Source of the DNA: Gemmatimonadota bacterium
Lineage (GTDB): Bacteria > 4572-55 > J002
Reading direction: 5' to 3'
DNA: 64,000 nt
Assembly: GCA_003697105.1 (NCBI GenBank)
Contig: RFFQ01000113.1
Location: forward strand, 1-64,000
This document shows, one piece after another, positions 30,886-40,646 of this stretch. A model generated the notes under the pieces. That model did no database searches. It was given only the letters and a program-made list of their open reading frames with translations, and was not told where the DNA came from. Positions within the stretch are counted from its first letter, which is position 1. Every line of letters begins with the position of its first letter. The position numbers and the translations under genes are program-made.

Positions 30886-33237
30886 TCAAACCTTTGTCCA
30901 TTTATCGATCACGGTTTTTAGCATATCGGACCGGACCGGCTTTTCTAACAGGTCATCAACACCGGCAGTTAGCAATTCATGCCGGTTGGCAGGCAATAGC
31001 GTTGCCGAAACGGCGATAATTTTCGGGCGCTTCTTCCCCAAGCGCTGGATAATATGCTGTGTGACTTCAATGCCATCCATCCCCGGCATCTGGACATCCA
31101 TCAATACCACGTCGTATTGATTGGTGGTAATTTTATCGAGTGCCTTTTGCCCGTTATCAACAATATCGACCCGACAATGCAACGATTCCAACATCCGCTG
31201 GAAAAGCTTTTGGATCACTCGATTATCATCAACAACCAGCACCTTCGTAGAATTTAGTGTATTCGGCCTCGGATCAGGCTCCGCCGGTGGGATGAATAAG
31301 GGTAACGTGACCGTGAATGTGGTGCCATGACCGGGTGTACTCTCTAGGTGTAATTCTCCCTTCATTAAATCCACCAAGCGCTTGACGATGGCAAGTCCGG
31401 TACCTAACCCGCCATACCGTCGCGTGATGGATGAATCTCCTTGCGAAAAGGCATCAAACAATTGGTTTTGTAACGCCGGTTCTATGCCGATACCGCTATC
31501 TTGCACGGCGACACTTAATTGGTAACACTCAGGAGATACGACTTGACCGGTCGCCACAACTTTGATAAAACCTGCATTAGTGAACTTGACAGCATTGGAC
31601 AGCAAATGTTTTAGAATTTTTTGAATCCGTGCGGCATCTCCCCACACTTGATCGGGGACGTTTTCCGGCAAGGTCACTTCAAATACGAGACCTTTTTCCT
31701 CGATCTGGTCTCGATATCCCATACAGGTACTGGTTAAAGCCTCCTCTATCGAAAACGGTTTTGATTCGATACCAATTTTTCCGGAATCAATACTAGACAG
31801 GTCGAGAATATCACTGATAAGTTCCACCAAAATGTTGCCGCTTTCCATAATGGCGGATACCATTTCGTGCTGTTCGTCATTAAGCGGTGTTTCTTCCAAT
31901 AATTGTGCCATACCGAGAACACCGTTGAGGGGGGTTCGGATTTCATGACTGACCACCGCTAAAAATTCGGATTTTGCTTTGGAGGCAGCTTCGGCGGCAA
32001 CTTTTGCCTGCGCCAATTCGACATTTTTTAGGCGGTAAATTTCGGCTTCTCTTTCCTTTTTTTCGGTTTCGTAGCGGGTGCGGAGTTCCGCGATGCGTTC
32101 CGTAACCTGATCATCAAACAGTTCATCTTTAATTTTGGCATATTGGCGATGGTAATCCAATGCGGTTTGGTATTCGTGCCGTGCCGCATACAAATCGGAG
32201 AGGGCAAGGTAAGCATCTTTAATAATATCCTTTGCGCCGATGGATTGTGCCATCTCCAAGCCCTGCCGGAGTTCTCTTTCGGCATCATCTAACTGGGCTA
32301 AATGGATGTAGTTAATTCCAATACTGATCCGGGAGCTTGCGATTCCTTTTTTGTCGTGTAAGGTTTCGTCTAACTCCAGTCCTTGCCGGAAATAGCGAAT
32401 CGAGCTTTCATAATCGCCCAAGGAACTCAATACTTTACCTAAATTTCCAAGTGTGATAGAATAACCGACCCGGTCTTTTGGTGGATCGATCATGTCTAAC
32501 GCTTGTCGATAATAATCCAGTGCCAGTTGGGGTTGGCCGGTATGTTCGTAAATATTCCCTAGGTTGTTTAATAGCCCGGCAATTCCTTTTTTATCGTTTA
32601 ATTCGCGTTTTAATGCCAATGCCCGGTTTAAGTAATTCAGTGCTTTTTCATATTGGCGCAAATTTTTATAAATCAACCCAATATTATTGAGGGAGGTGGA
32701 GATTTGGGTTGTTTCACCTAATTTTTCCTCAATTCGCAAGGCTTTTAGATGGTAGTCCAGGGCATTGGCGTATTGCCCCAAGTTCCGGTAAACCAACCCG
32801 ATGTTGTTATATGTCAACGAGATGCTCTTGCTGTCTTTTATCTGCTCTTTAAGCTTCAGGGCTGCTTTGTAAAACTCAAGCGCTTTTTCGTAATGGCGGA
32901 GATACAGATAGTTGTTGCCGAGGTGGTTTAAGGCTTTTGCTCGCCCAAATTCATCGGAAAGCTGTTTGTACACCTCGGCGGCTTGGTAGGTAAAATGGAT
33001 GGAGGTCTCGTAATTTCCTTGATAGAAATGGCTGGCGGCAATGGTAAATAGAGCATTCGCCCGGTGGGTATCGTTGCCGTAAAGTTTTGCTTGTTCCAGA
33101 GCTTGGGTGGCGTATTCTATGGCTTGGGAGGGGTCTAAGCGTTGTAAACTGCGGGAAAGATCGAGTAATATGGGGAGTTTCTCGATGCCGATCGCCGTGG
33201 CTAAGGCATATCGGAGTTGATCAATTTTGTTGGGCAT
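30886..33237 (-). CDS. Cytoplasmic TPR hybrid histidine kinase with receiver domain
   Basis: TPR array; VSHEIRTPLNG; NAVKFT, DSGIG, YGGLGTGL; receiver VVDDN...LMDVQMPGMDG...KP. Confidence 0.92.
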   Translation of the reverse strand: MPNKIDQLRYALATAIGIEKLPILLDLSRSLQRLDPSQAIEYATQALEQAKLYGNDTHRANALFTIAASHFYQGNYETSIHFTYQAAEVYKQLSDEFGRAKALNHLGNNYLYLRHYEKALEFYKAALKLKEQIKDSKSISLTYNNIGLVYRNLGQYANALDYHLKALRIEEKLGETTQISTSLNNIGLIYKNLRQYEKALNYLNRALALKRELNDKKGIAGLLNNLGNIYEHTGQPQLALDYYRQALDMIDPPKDRVGYSITLGNLGKVLSSLGDYESSIRYFRQGLELDETLHDKKGIASSRISIGINYIHLAQLDDAERELRQGLEMAQSIGAKDIIKDAYLALSDLYAARHEYQTALDYHRQYAKIKDELFDDQVTERIAELRTRYETEKKEREAEIYRLKNVELAQAKVAAEAASKAKSEFLAVVSHEIRTPLNGVLGMAQLLEETPLNDEQHEMVSAIMESGNILVELISDILDLSSIDSGKIGIESKPFSIEEALTSTCMGYRDQIEEKGLVFEVTLPENVPDQVWGDAARIQKILKHLLSNAVKFTNAGFIKVVATGQVVSPECYQLSVAVQDSGIGIEPALQNQLFDAFSQGDSSITRRYGGLGTGLAIVKRLVDLMKGELHLESTPGHGTTFTVTLPLFIPPAEPDPRPNTLNSTKVLVVDDNRVIQKLFQRMLESLHCRVDIVDNGQKALDKITTNQYDVVLMDVQMPGMDGIEVTQHIIQRLGKKRPKIIAVSATLLPANRHELLTAGVDDLLEKPVRSDMLKTVIDKWTKV

Positions 33238-35293
33238 GACAATCCTGTATTTTCGGTAATTCCACGATAAAAGTAGCTCCTTTATTTTTGCCTTCACTTT
33301 CTGCCACGACATTGCCGTCCATTTCTTCAACTAATTTTTTCACAATCGATAGCCCCAAGCCGGTAGAATGCTCCCCACCGGTGGGTTTGGCGCTTAGCCG
33401 GGCAAACTTATGAAATAAATACTTTTGATCTTCTGGTGTCAAGCCTTGTCCTTCATCGCGGATTTTACACCGAACCACCTGACCGTCTCCTGTGAGCATA
33501 ATATGGACATTTTTATGAGGGGGGCTGAATTTGACGGCATTGGAAATCAAATTGTCTAAAATTTGACGAGTTGCATTTTTATCGGCATAAACCATATTCC
33601 CGGTGTTTTCGGCTTCAAAATACAGTTGAATATTTTTTTTAGCCGCCTGAGGGCGATAATGCTCGATACATTCCGAGACCACATCATTTAGATCAAATTT
33701 TTGGGGTAGAAATTCCATCCGTCCGGATTCCAAGCGGTGAATATCCAACAGATTGGTTATCAGTTCAAACATGCGATTCCCACTTTTTGCAATTTCTGGG
33801 AAGAACGAGAGCAATTCATCCCGACTAAAGCTATCTTTGTGTTCCTCTACTAACTTTGTGATTCCTAAAATATAGGTTAATGGATTTTTTAAATCGTGGG
33901 AGACAATCCCCAAAAACTCATCTTTTTCTTTATTGAGTGCTTTTAATTGGGTAATGGCATCGTTGAGTTCCGTGTTTTTTCGTTGGACTTCCTTATTCCG
34001 AGCTTTCAGCAGTTCCGTGAGGTGAGTCCGGTAGCGGTTCATCCGGTAAAAATAGATTAAAATCAAAGTAAAAAGAATTAACAAGCTCAATAAGATATAG
34101 CTTTGGAATTCTTTTTGACGGAGTTCTTCCTCTTGGCGGATTTGCTCTTGGCGGAGCAACTTGTTTTCGGCTTCTTTTTTCTGGGTCTCATACTGCATCT
34201 GGAGTTCTGCCACCGCGCGCATATTTTCTGCGTTGAGTAAGCTATCTTTCAAGGTATCATAGCGGTGATAGTAGTCTAAAGCGGACTTATAATCGCCCCG
34301 TTCGGCGTGAAGCCGCGAAAGGAGTTCATAACTTTCTTGAATTTGGATTCGTTCACCGGTTTGTTGGGATAATTTCAGTCCGCGCTCCAGATACTCCTGA
34401 GCTTGACGGTATTTCTTTTGATTCAGGTACACATGCCCGATATTGGTGTTCAGATTACCAATATCCGTTACTAAATTCAGTTTTTGTGCCAAATCCAAGG
34501 CGCGGCTGTAATACATGAGCGCCTCATCATATCGCCCTAAGGTGTTGGCTAAAAAGCCCAAATTATTGAGGGCAATCATCACGCTGGCTTGATCGTCTAG
34601 GGAATCGGCAATATCAAGTGACCGCTGGTAATAGACCATGGCGCTGTCATACTCCCCAATGTCATCATACACAACGCCCATACTATTGGTGATAATACCC
34701 ACCCATTCCATATCGTGGGTCTGGCGGTAATACGTTAATGCTCTCCGGTAAAATTCCAGTGCTTGTTGGTGTCGTTGCATCGTGGAGTAAATATCGGCAA
34801 TTTGGGACTCCAGCTCGGCAATCCATGCTTTGTCATCCAACTTTTCATAGAATTTCAGGCTTTTCAGAAAGGCATCCAACGCTTTATCATAATTGTAATT
34901 CCGGGCATAGGAGACACCCAACCGGTACAAATTTAGGGCTTTAAAAGATAGGTTATCGAGTGTTTCAGCAAGCTGTTGTGCTTGTTGGAAATAATAAATC
35001 GCTTGGGGGTAATTGTTCGATGAGTAGAAATAGATGACTCCAATTCCCGATAGTGAACGGGCTTCCAGCAGACGGTTCTCAAGCTGGCGAGATAGTTTCA
35101 AGGCTTCTCGCGCATGGGCTAATGCGGTGTCCATTTGGGTTTCATCATACTCATAGGCTAAATCGAGTAACACTTCGACCCGGTCCGGGCTTGGTGGCAA
35201 TGTGGGTAATAATTGCTTCAGACTATCCACATTTGCCATCAAAATGGTAGGTAAAAAAAATATTATTAGCAAACATGTATGGATCATTATCAT
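33221..35293 (-). CDS. Membrane-bound TPR sensor histidine kinase (extracytoplasmic TPRs)
   Basis: Signal peptide, TPRs, TM YILLSLLILFTLILIYFY, VSHDLKNPL, NAVKF, STGLGL; GGAG SD upstream. Confidence 0.92.
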   Translation of the reverse strand: MIMIHTCLLIIFFLPTILMANVDSLKQLLPTLPPSPDRVEVLLDLAYEYDETQMDTALAHAREALKLSRQLENRLLEARSLSGIGVIYFYSSNNYPQAIYYFQQAQQLAETLDNLSFKALNLYRLGVSYARNYNYDKALDAFLKSLKFYEKLDDKAWIAELESQIADIYSTMQRHQQALEFYRRALTYYRQTHDMEWVGIITNSMGVVYDDIGEYDSAMVYYQRSLDIADSLDDQASVMIALNNLGFLANTLGRYDEALMYYSRALDLAQKLNLVTDIGNLNTNIGHVYLNQKKYRQAQEYLERGLKLSQQTGERIQIQESYELLSRLHAERGDYKSALDYYHRYDTLKDSLLNAENMRAVAELQMQYETQKKEAENKLLRQEQIRQEEELRQKEFQSYILLSLLILFTLILIYFYRMNRYRTHLTELLKARNKEVQRKNTELNDAITQLKALNKEKDEFLGIVSHDLKNPLTYILGITKLVEEHKDSFSRDELLSFFPEIAKSGNRMFELITNLLDIHRLESGRMEFLPQKFDLNDVVSECIEHYRPQAAKKNIQLYFEAENTGNMVYADKNATRQILDNLISNAVKFSPPHKNVHIMLTGDGQVVRCKIRDEGQGLTPEDQKYLFHKFARLSAKPTGGEHSTGLGLSIVKKLVEEMDGNVVAESEGKNKGATFIVELPKIQDCHAQQN

Positions 35294-35381
35294 TATTTAT
35301 CTCCCTAGGTGGCTACCCCTTCGATAATTTACCAGACTCTTTGCAAACAAAAAACCTGCCGGAATGAATCTGACAGGTTCA

Positions 35382-35409
35382 ATTATCCTATATTTTAGCA
35401 AAATGTCAA
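35382..35409 (-). promoter_or_regulatory. Sigma70-type promoter for the TPR kinase cluster
   Basis: Minus strand TTGACA-16 nt-GATAAT. Confidence 0.5.
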
Positions 35410-35530
35410 GGTTATTTAGAATGTTTTCCCCTGAGGTGGCTCAAAAAGATAAATTTTGGCTGGGTATGATTCCCCAAACTATGAGCGGAGGATTGGTGGA
35501 AAATGTCCGGTACTAGATTTTCCGTATTTC

Positions 35531-37405
35531 TCAGGTTAAAACCTCCAATACCCGTACCGCCAACCGGGAACCGCCAGCGACCGGCATCACATAGACGCCT
35601 TGCACCATCGGTTTGGCGGCTAAAAGCGCTTCCTGCGCGAGTTGAATCCCAATTTCTTTCGCTTCTTTTTCCCTTTTTGCCGCGGCTAATTTCTCCCGGA
35701 TGTTCTCTGGGACACTCATGCCGGGTACTTCATTGTGGAAAAATTCTGCTCGTTTGTAGCTGGTCAACGGCAGGATGCCCACTAAAATCGGGATATTCAG
35801 ATGTTCCACCCGCTTGATGAATTTTTCCAATATCCGCACATCAAACACCGGTTGGGTCATGGCATATTCGGCACCAGCTTCTGCTTTTAGCTCAAACCGG
35901 CGAACTTCTTCTTCAAAATTGATGGCACCCGGGTTCGCTCCGACCCCCACATGAATGGCGGTTGGTTCACCGACCGGATTCCCGACCAAATCACACCCAT
36001 GATTGAGATTGGTGATGATCCGGGTTAAACCGATGGAATCCACATCATAAACGGCAGTAGCATCCGGGTAATCTCCCATTTTGGGCGGATCGCCGGTGAT
36101 GACCAAAATGTTGCGGATATTGAGGGCATGTGCACCGATCAAATCGGATTGCATTCCCAATAAGTTGCGATCCCGGCAACAATAATGAATAATCGGTTCG
36201 ATTTCCACCTGTTGCCGGATCAGCAATGCCATGGCTTGGGGGCTCATCCGGGCAACTGCACGCGCGCCATCCGGGATATTGATGCAATCTACACCATGTT
36301 CTTTCAGACGGGTAGCGGCTTTAATAACCCGGTCATAATTTGTTCCGCGCGGGGGTAGAAGTTCAACGGAACTCACAAATTTCCCTTCGCTGAGCTTTCG
36401 GGCGAGTTCACTTTTTTGGGCTTTTGGCACCGGTTCTACCACCGGTTGGGTGTCTTCTACGGTGATATGTTCGGGTTTTGGTATGTGGAATAGGCGCGAT
36501 ACGGCGGGTCTTAAGGCGGCAAGTTCTGTTGCCACGGCTTTGATATGCTCTGGGGTGGTTCCGCAACAGCCTCCCACAATGCGACATCCGGCTTTGATAA
36601 AGCGTTTGGCATATTTCCCCAAATATTCGGGGGAGGTCATGTAAATGTAACGCTCATCCACCAATTTGGGTAAACCGGCATTGGGCATGGCACTCAGTGG
36701 GCGATTTGTGACCGTCGCCATCGCGGAAATGCTATCTAGCATCGGTTGGGGTCCAATACTGCAATTGGCACCGATAACATCCACTTCCCAGCCTTCCAGC
36801 ACCCGGGCGACTTTTTCCGGTTTTGCCCCGTAAAGCGTGTTACCATCGTCGCCGAATGTCATTTGAGCAATAATCGGGGGCGTGTAACCCAGATGCTCGC
36901 TTGCTTCCCGAATGGCAATAATTGCCTGATGGATTTCATTCAAACTGCTAAAGGATTCCAGTACAAATAGGTCAACCCCGCCATCAATCAATCCTTCGGC
37001 TTGCTCTCGGAATGAGCGGCGCACATCCTCCGGTGAGATATGCCCAAACGGTTCAGGAGGGAGCTTCAACGGACCCATTGCTCCCGCTACAAACACGCGA
37101 CGGTGGGCTTTTTCCGCCTCTTTGCGAGCAAGGTGTGCCCCTTCCAAATTGATCTCATACACCTTGCCCTCCAGACCGTGCGGCTCTAATTTGAAGGAAT
37201 TTGCCGCAAATGTGTTGGTTTCGATGATGTCCGCTCCCGCTTGAATATACTCCCGGTGGATTTCTCGCACTAAACCCGGCATGGACACATTGAGTTCATC
37301 AAAACTCCGATTGATAAAAATGCCCCGGCTGTAGAGCATCGTACCCATGCCCCCATCGGCAATTAATATCGATTTTTCGAGCGCTTCTAAAAAGGAATCT
37401 GCCAT
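35531..37405 (-). CDS. yitJ: Bifunctional homocysteine S-methyltransferase/methylenetetrahydrofolate reductase
   Basis: DGGMGT, GANCSIGP, PNAGLP, GGCCGTTPEHI, then CRDRN, TGDPP, TQPVFD; start MADSF with GGAG SD. Confidence 0.93.
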   Translation of the reverse strand: MADSFLEALEKSILIADGGMGTMLYSRGIFINRSFDELNVSMPGLVREIHREYIQAGADIIETNTFAANSFKLEPHGLEGKVYEINLEGAHLARKEAEKAHRRVFVAGAMGPLKLPPEPFGHISPEDVRRSFREQAEGLIDGGVDLFVLESFSSLNEIHQAIIAIREASEHLGYTPPIIAQMTFGDDGNTLYGAKPEKVARVLEGWEVDVIGANCSIGPQPMLDSISAMATVTNRPLSAMPNAGLPKLVDERYIYMTSPEYLGKYAKRFIKAGCRIVGGCCGTTPEHIKAVATELAALRPAVSRLFHIPKPEHITVEDTQPVVEPVPKAQKSELARKLSEGKFVSSVELLPPRGTNYDRVIKAATRLKEHGVDCINIPDGARAVARMSPQAMALLIRQQVEIEPIIHYCCRDRNLLGMQSDLIGAHALNIRNILVITGDPPKMGDYPDATAVYDVDSIGLTRIITNLNHGCDLVGNPVGEPTAIHVGVGANPGAINFEEEVRRFELKAEAGAEYAMTQPVFDVRILEKFIKRVEHLNIPILVGILPLTSYKRAEFFHNEVPGMSVPENIREKLAAAKREKEAKEIGIQLAQEALLAAKPMVQGVYVMPVAGGSRLAVRVLEVLT

Positions 37406-37498
37406 TGTTTGAACTCCTGTGTGAAGGAAAGGTAATGCCGGAAAATAGTATGATCTGAGGATTGGGGCAAGTGGATTTTCGATGTAGTGCAATCAACC

Positions 37499-37527
37499 TT
37501 GACTTTAACGATAGAATCGCCTACTTT
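37499..37527 (+). promoter_or_regulatory. Sigma70-type promoter
   Basis: TTGACT-17 nt-TACTTT upstream of the lutC-like gene. Confidence 0.55.
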
Positions 37528-37563
37528 TAGCGTCTTATTTCATCCTTAATCTGGCGGTTATCC

Positions 37564-38178
37564 ATGAAAAAAACAGCTATTTTGAGGCGCATCCGGCATT
37601 ACTTAAAAGAACATTCGCCCACCGGTGACGTTGGCATTCCCGAATCACCGGAAGTTGGGTCCATGCCAGACCTCGTGGAGACATTTTCCGTTGCGCTGGC
37701 ACAGGTTAAAGGGGAGTTTTATCAGGCAACGTCGTACCAAGAGGTGGTATCGGTTCTAAAAAGGGTACTCTCTCCGGCACAACCGATCTATCTAGCGCGG
37801 GATACATTTCCGCCGGATGTTGACTGGCACTGGCTGGAAACTGAGTTTTCCGGTCAGGGGGTTAGTTCGCTGGCAGAAAATACCGTAGTAGCCCTTACCG
37901 GAGCGACGTTTCTCATTGCGGAGACGGGCACAATTGGTATCCAGTCGGATTTAGTGGCATCGCTATTACCGGAGCACCATATTGTTTTGGCTATGACGGA
38001 TCAACTGTATCCCACATTGGAGGCACTTGTGGCACAACGTCCTGATTTTATGGTCGATATACCGTACACCACGCTGATTACTGGGCCCAGCCGCACGGCG
38101 GATATTGAAAAAACGTTGGTCTTGGGTGCCCATGGTCCGGGACGGTTGACTGTTATCTTGCTAATCCCTAATCCCTGA
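37564..38178 (+). CDS. lutC: LutC/YkgG (LUD domain) protein
   Basis: IAETGT, SLLPEHHI, ITGPSRTADIEKTLVLGAHGP. Confidence 0.88.
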   Translation: MKKTAILRRIRHYLKEHSPTGDVGIPESPEVGSMPDLVETFSVALAQVKGEFYQATSYQEVVSVLKRVLSPAQPIYLARDTFPPDVDWHWLETEFSGQGVSSLAENTVVALTGATFLIAETGTIGIQSDLVASLLPEHHIVLAMTDQLYPTLEALVAQRPDFMVDIPYTTLITGPSRTADIEKTLVLGAHGPGRLTVILLIPNP

Positions 38179-38230
38179 TCCCCAACCCCTGATTCCTAAT
38201 CCCTGATCCCTAACCCCTAACCCCTAAATC
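38161..38230. repeat. Degenerate heptamer tandem repeat, 10 units, consensus CT(A/G)A(T/C)CC
   Basis: ctaatcc ctaatcc ctgatcc ccaaccc ctgattc ctaatcc ctgatcc ctaaccc ctaaccc ctaaatc. Confidence 0.9.
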
Positions 38231-38236
38231 CGAATC

Positions 38237-40630
38237 ATGAATGAACACGCTCTTAAAATACTGGAGTTTGATAAATTTTTAGCGCACCTTGCCGAACGGG
38301 CGACCTCCGATTTGGGTAGTGAGCGGATTTTACATCTGCGCCCGTCCACCAGCCTGAATTATATCCGTACCGAATTGGAGAAAGTAGCGGAATTGGTTTC
38401 GGTTTTGGAATGCGGGTTGACGTTTCCTATTCGTGGTGTGAAAGACATCCGGCAAGCGTTACGCCGGGCAGAAATTGAAGGCAGTTTCCTGACTCCGGAG
38501 ACGTTGCTGGATGTGGCGTCCGTGTTACAAACGGGTCGAAATATTGTCCATTTTATGCGGAATTGGGATGCCGATTCACCCCATCTGAAGCATCTCAGCC
38601 ATACGATCACCGTCATGCGGGGTATCGAAGACCGGATACATAATGTGGTGAATGAGAAGGGAGAAGTTCGGGACAACGCCAGTGCCGCCCTTAACAAAAT
38701 CCGTAAAGATTATTATGTGATCCGGGACCGGATTCAACACAAGCTCAATGCGATTATTCGCTCCGAGGCGGGTAAAGATGCCCTCCAAGAGGATGTGATT
38801 ACGGTGCGGGATAATCGATTTGTGTTACCGGTGAAAAGCTCTTTCCGGGGCCGAATTCGGGGAATCATCCATGATGAATCTGCCAGCGGTGCCACCGTTT
38901 TCATCGAACCGCACGGTACCGTGGAAATGAACAACGAACTCCGTAGCCTTGCCCTCAAGGAAAAACGAGAGGTTGAGAAGATTTTACGAGACGTGACCGC
39001 CTTAATTCGTAAGCATGTGCCGGAGATTAGTCTCAATTTGGATGTGTTGGTAGAATTGGATGTTATTCATGCCCGGGCAAGCTACGCCGTAAGTTACGCT
39101 TGCACGATTCCGCGCATCAATGATGACCGGTATCTTTGTTTAGAAAGCGCCCGGCACCCGCTGCTGGCAATTCAGTTTGCGGATCGGGAGGATGCGGCAG
39201 TTGTGCCCTTGGATATCCACCTGAGCCATAACCGGAGTTCCATTTTGATTACGGGACCCAATACCGGCGGGAAGACCGTTGCTCTTAAAACCATTGGGCT
39301 TTCGGCGCTGATGGTACAAAGCGGTATCCCCATCCCCGCCGCAGACCATACCGAATTGCCCGTTTTCACCGAAATTTTTGCCGATATTGGCGATGAACAA
39401 TCGATTGAACAGAATTTGAGTACATTTTCCTCGCACATGACCCACATTATCGAGATTTTAGAGACCGCAGATGAGCACAGTTTGGTATTGATGGATGAAG
39501 TCGGCGCCGGGACGGACCCGGATCAAGGGGCGGCGTTAGGGATGGCTATTTTAGAGGAGTTAATTTATCGCGGAGCATTAACCGTTGCTACTACCCACTA
39601 CGGTTCGTTGAAAGCATTTGCCCACCAAACGAAGGGGATGGAAAATGCGTGTATGGCATTTGATAGTGAGACTTTGCAACCTACCTACCATCTGTTGATG
39701 GGGGTGCCGGGCAGTAGTAAAGCTTTAGATATTGCCAAACGGCTCGGGATGCCGGATCATATCATCCAAAAAGCCGCTACTTATCTCGGCGCGGCGGAAA
39801 TCGAGATCAGTTCCCTGATTACCGATTTGCAAGAACACGCACGGGTCATGCGCGAGAAACGGGATGCCATTGAACAAAAAGAAGCCCGGTTGGAAAAACA
39901 AATTGCCGAATATACCGCTAAAACGAAAGCCCTCGCTACCGAATTAGCCCAAATCCGGCGGGAAGCACTCGCGGAAGCCGACCGCATCGTGCGGGAGGCA
40001 AATAAATTAGTTGAACGTACCGTGCGCGACCTCAAATCCGCTAATGCCGGAAAGGCTGCCCGCGAAACCGCAAAAATGCGCTTGAAACAAGCTCGGGAGG
40101 AGATTCGGGAGTCCTTGAAGGACATCCAGCCACCGCCGGCAGCACCCGCCCCGGATGCCAAACCCGTGAAATTGCCGGAACTCAAGCCCGGACAAAAGAT
40201 CAAATTGCACTCCCTGCAAAAGGAAGCGACGGTCTATCTCTTTGAACCCGGTTCGGATGAGGTGGAAGTGGCAATAGGCAACCTGCGGATGCGCGTGCCA
40301 CTCGCGGATGTGATTCCCCTCGACCTACCCGAAACCACACCCAAAACGGTTTCACCGGGAAATTTATCGACGTTCGATAATCCGGTTGGTTTAGAATTGG
40401 ATATTCGAGGACATACGTTTGATGAAGCCGAATGGAAGATCGAAAAATATTTAAATGATGCCCATTTAGCCGGTCTGGCATCCGTGCGGATTATTCATGG
40501 GAAAGGCACCGGTGCTCTCCGGCGAAAAGTTCAACGATTTTTAGACCGCCACCCGCTGGTGAAACACCACCAACTGGCAGAACCGCAGGAAGGCGGTGCC
40601 GGCGCAACAAATGTAGAACTGTGGTTATAG
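38237..40630 (+). CDS. mutS2: Endonuclease MutS2
   Basis: LKILEFDK, HDESASGATVFIEP, TGPNTGGKT, LSTFSSHM, DEVGAGTDP, Smr domain IIHGKGTG. Confidence 0.97.
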   Translation: MNEHALKILEFDKFLAHLAERATSDLGSERILHLRPSTSLNYIRTELEKVAELVSVLECGLTFPIRGVKDIRQALRRAEIEGSFLTPETLLDVASVLQTGRNIVHFMRNWDADSPHLKHLSHTITVMRGIEDRIHNVVNEKGEVRDNASAALNKIRKDYYVIRDRIQHKLNAIIRSEAGKDALQEDVITVRDNRFVLPVKSSFRGRIRGIIHDESASGATVFIEPHGTVEMNNELRSLALKEKREVEKILRDVTALIRKHVPEISLNLDVLVELDVIHARASYAVSYACTIPRINDDRYLCLESARHPLLAIQFADREDAAVVPLDIHLSHNRSSILITGPNTGGKTVALKTIGLSALMVQSGIPIPAADHTELPVFTEIFADIGDEQSIEQNLSTFSSHMTHIIEILETADEHSLVLMDEVGAGTDPDQGAALGMAILEELIYRGALTVATTHYGSLKAFAHQTKGMENACMAFDSETLQPTYHLLMGVPGSSKALDIAKRLGMPDHIIQKAATYLGAAEIEISSLITDLQEHARVMREKRDAIEQKEARLEKQIAEYTAKTKALATELAQIRREALAEADRIVREANKLVERTVRDLKSANAGKAARETAKMRLKQAREEIRESLKDIQPPPAAPAPDAKPVKLPELKPGQKIKLHSLQKEATVYLFEPGSDEVEVAIGNLRMRVPLADVIPLDLPETTPKTVSPGNLSTFDNPVGLELDIRGHTFDEAEWKIEKYLNDAHLAGLASVRIIHGKGTGALRRKVQRFLDRHPLVKHHQLAEPQEGGAGATNVELWL

Positions 40631-40646
40631 AAGGAGACCCATTACC

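Noticed and set aside
37406-37563. SAM riboswitch upstream of yitJ
   Set aside because: No SAM-I core motifs or leader terminator visible in this short divergent spacer.
38205-38230. Telomere-like repeats indicating eukaryotic contamination
   Set aside because: They belong to a degenerate heptamer array embedded seamlessly between two bacterial genes.
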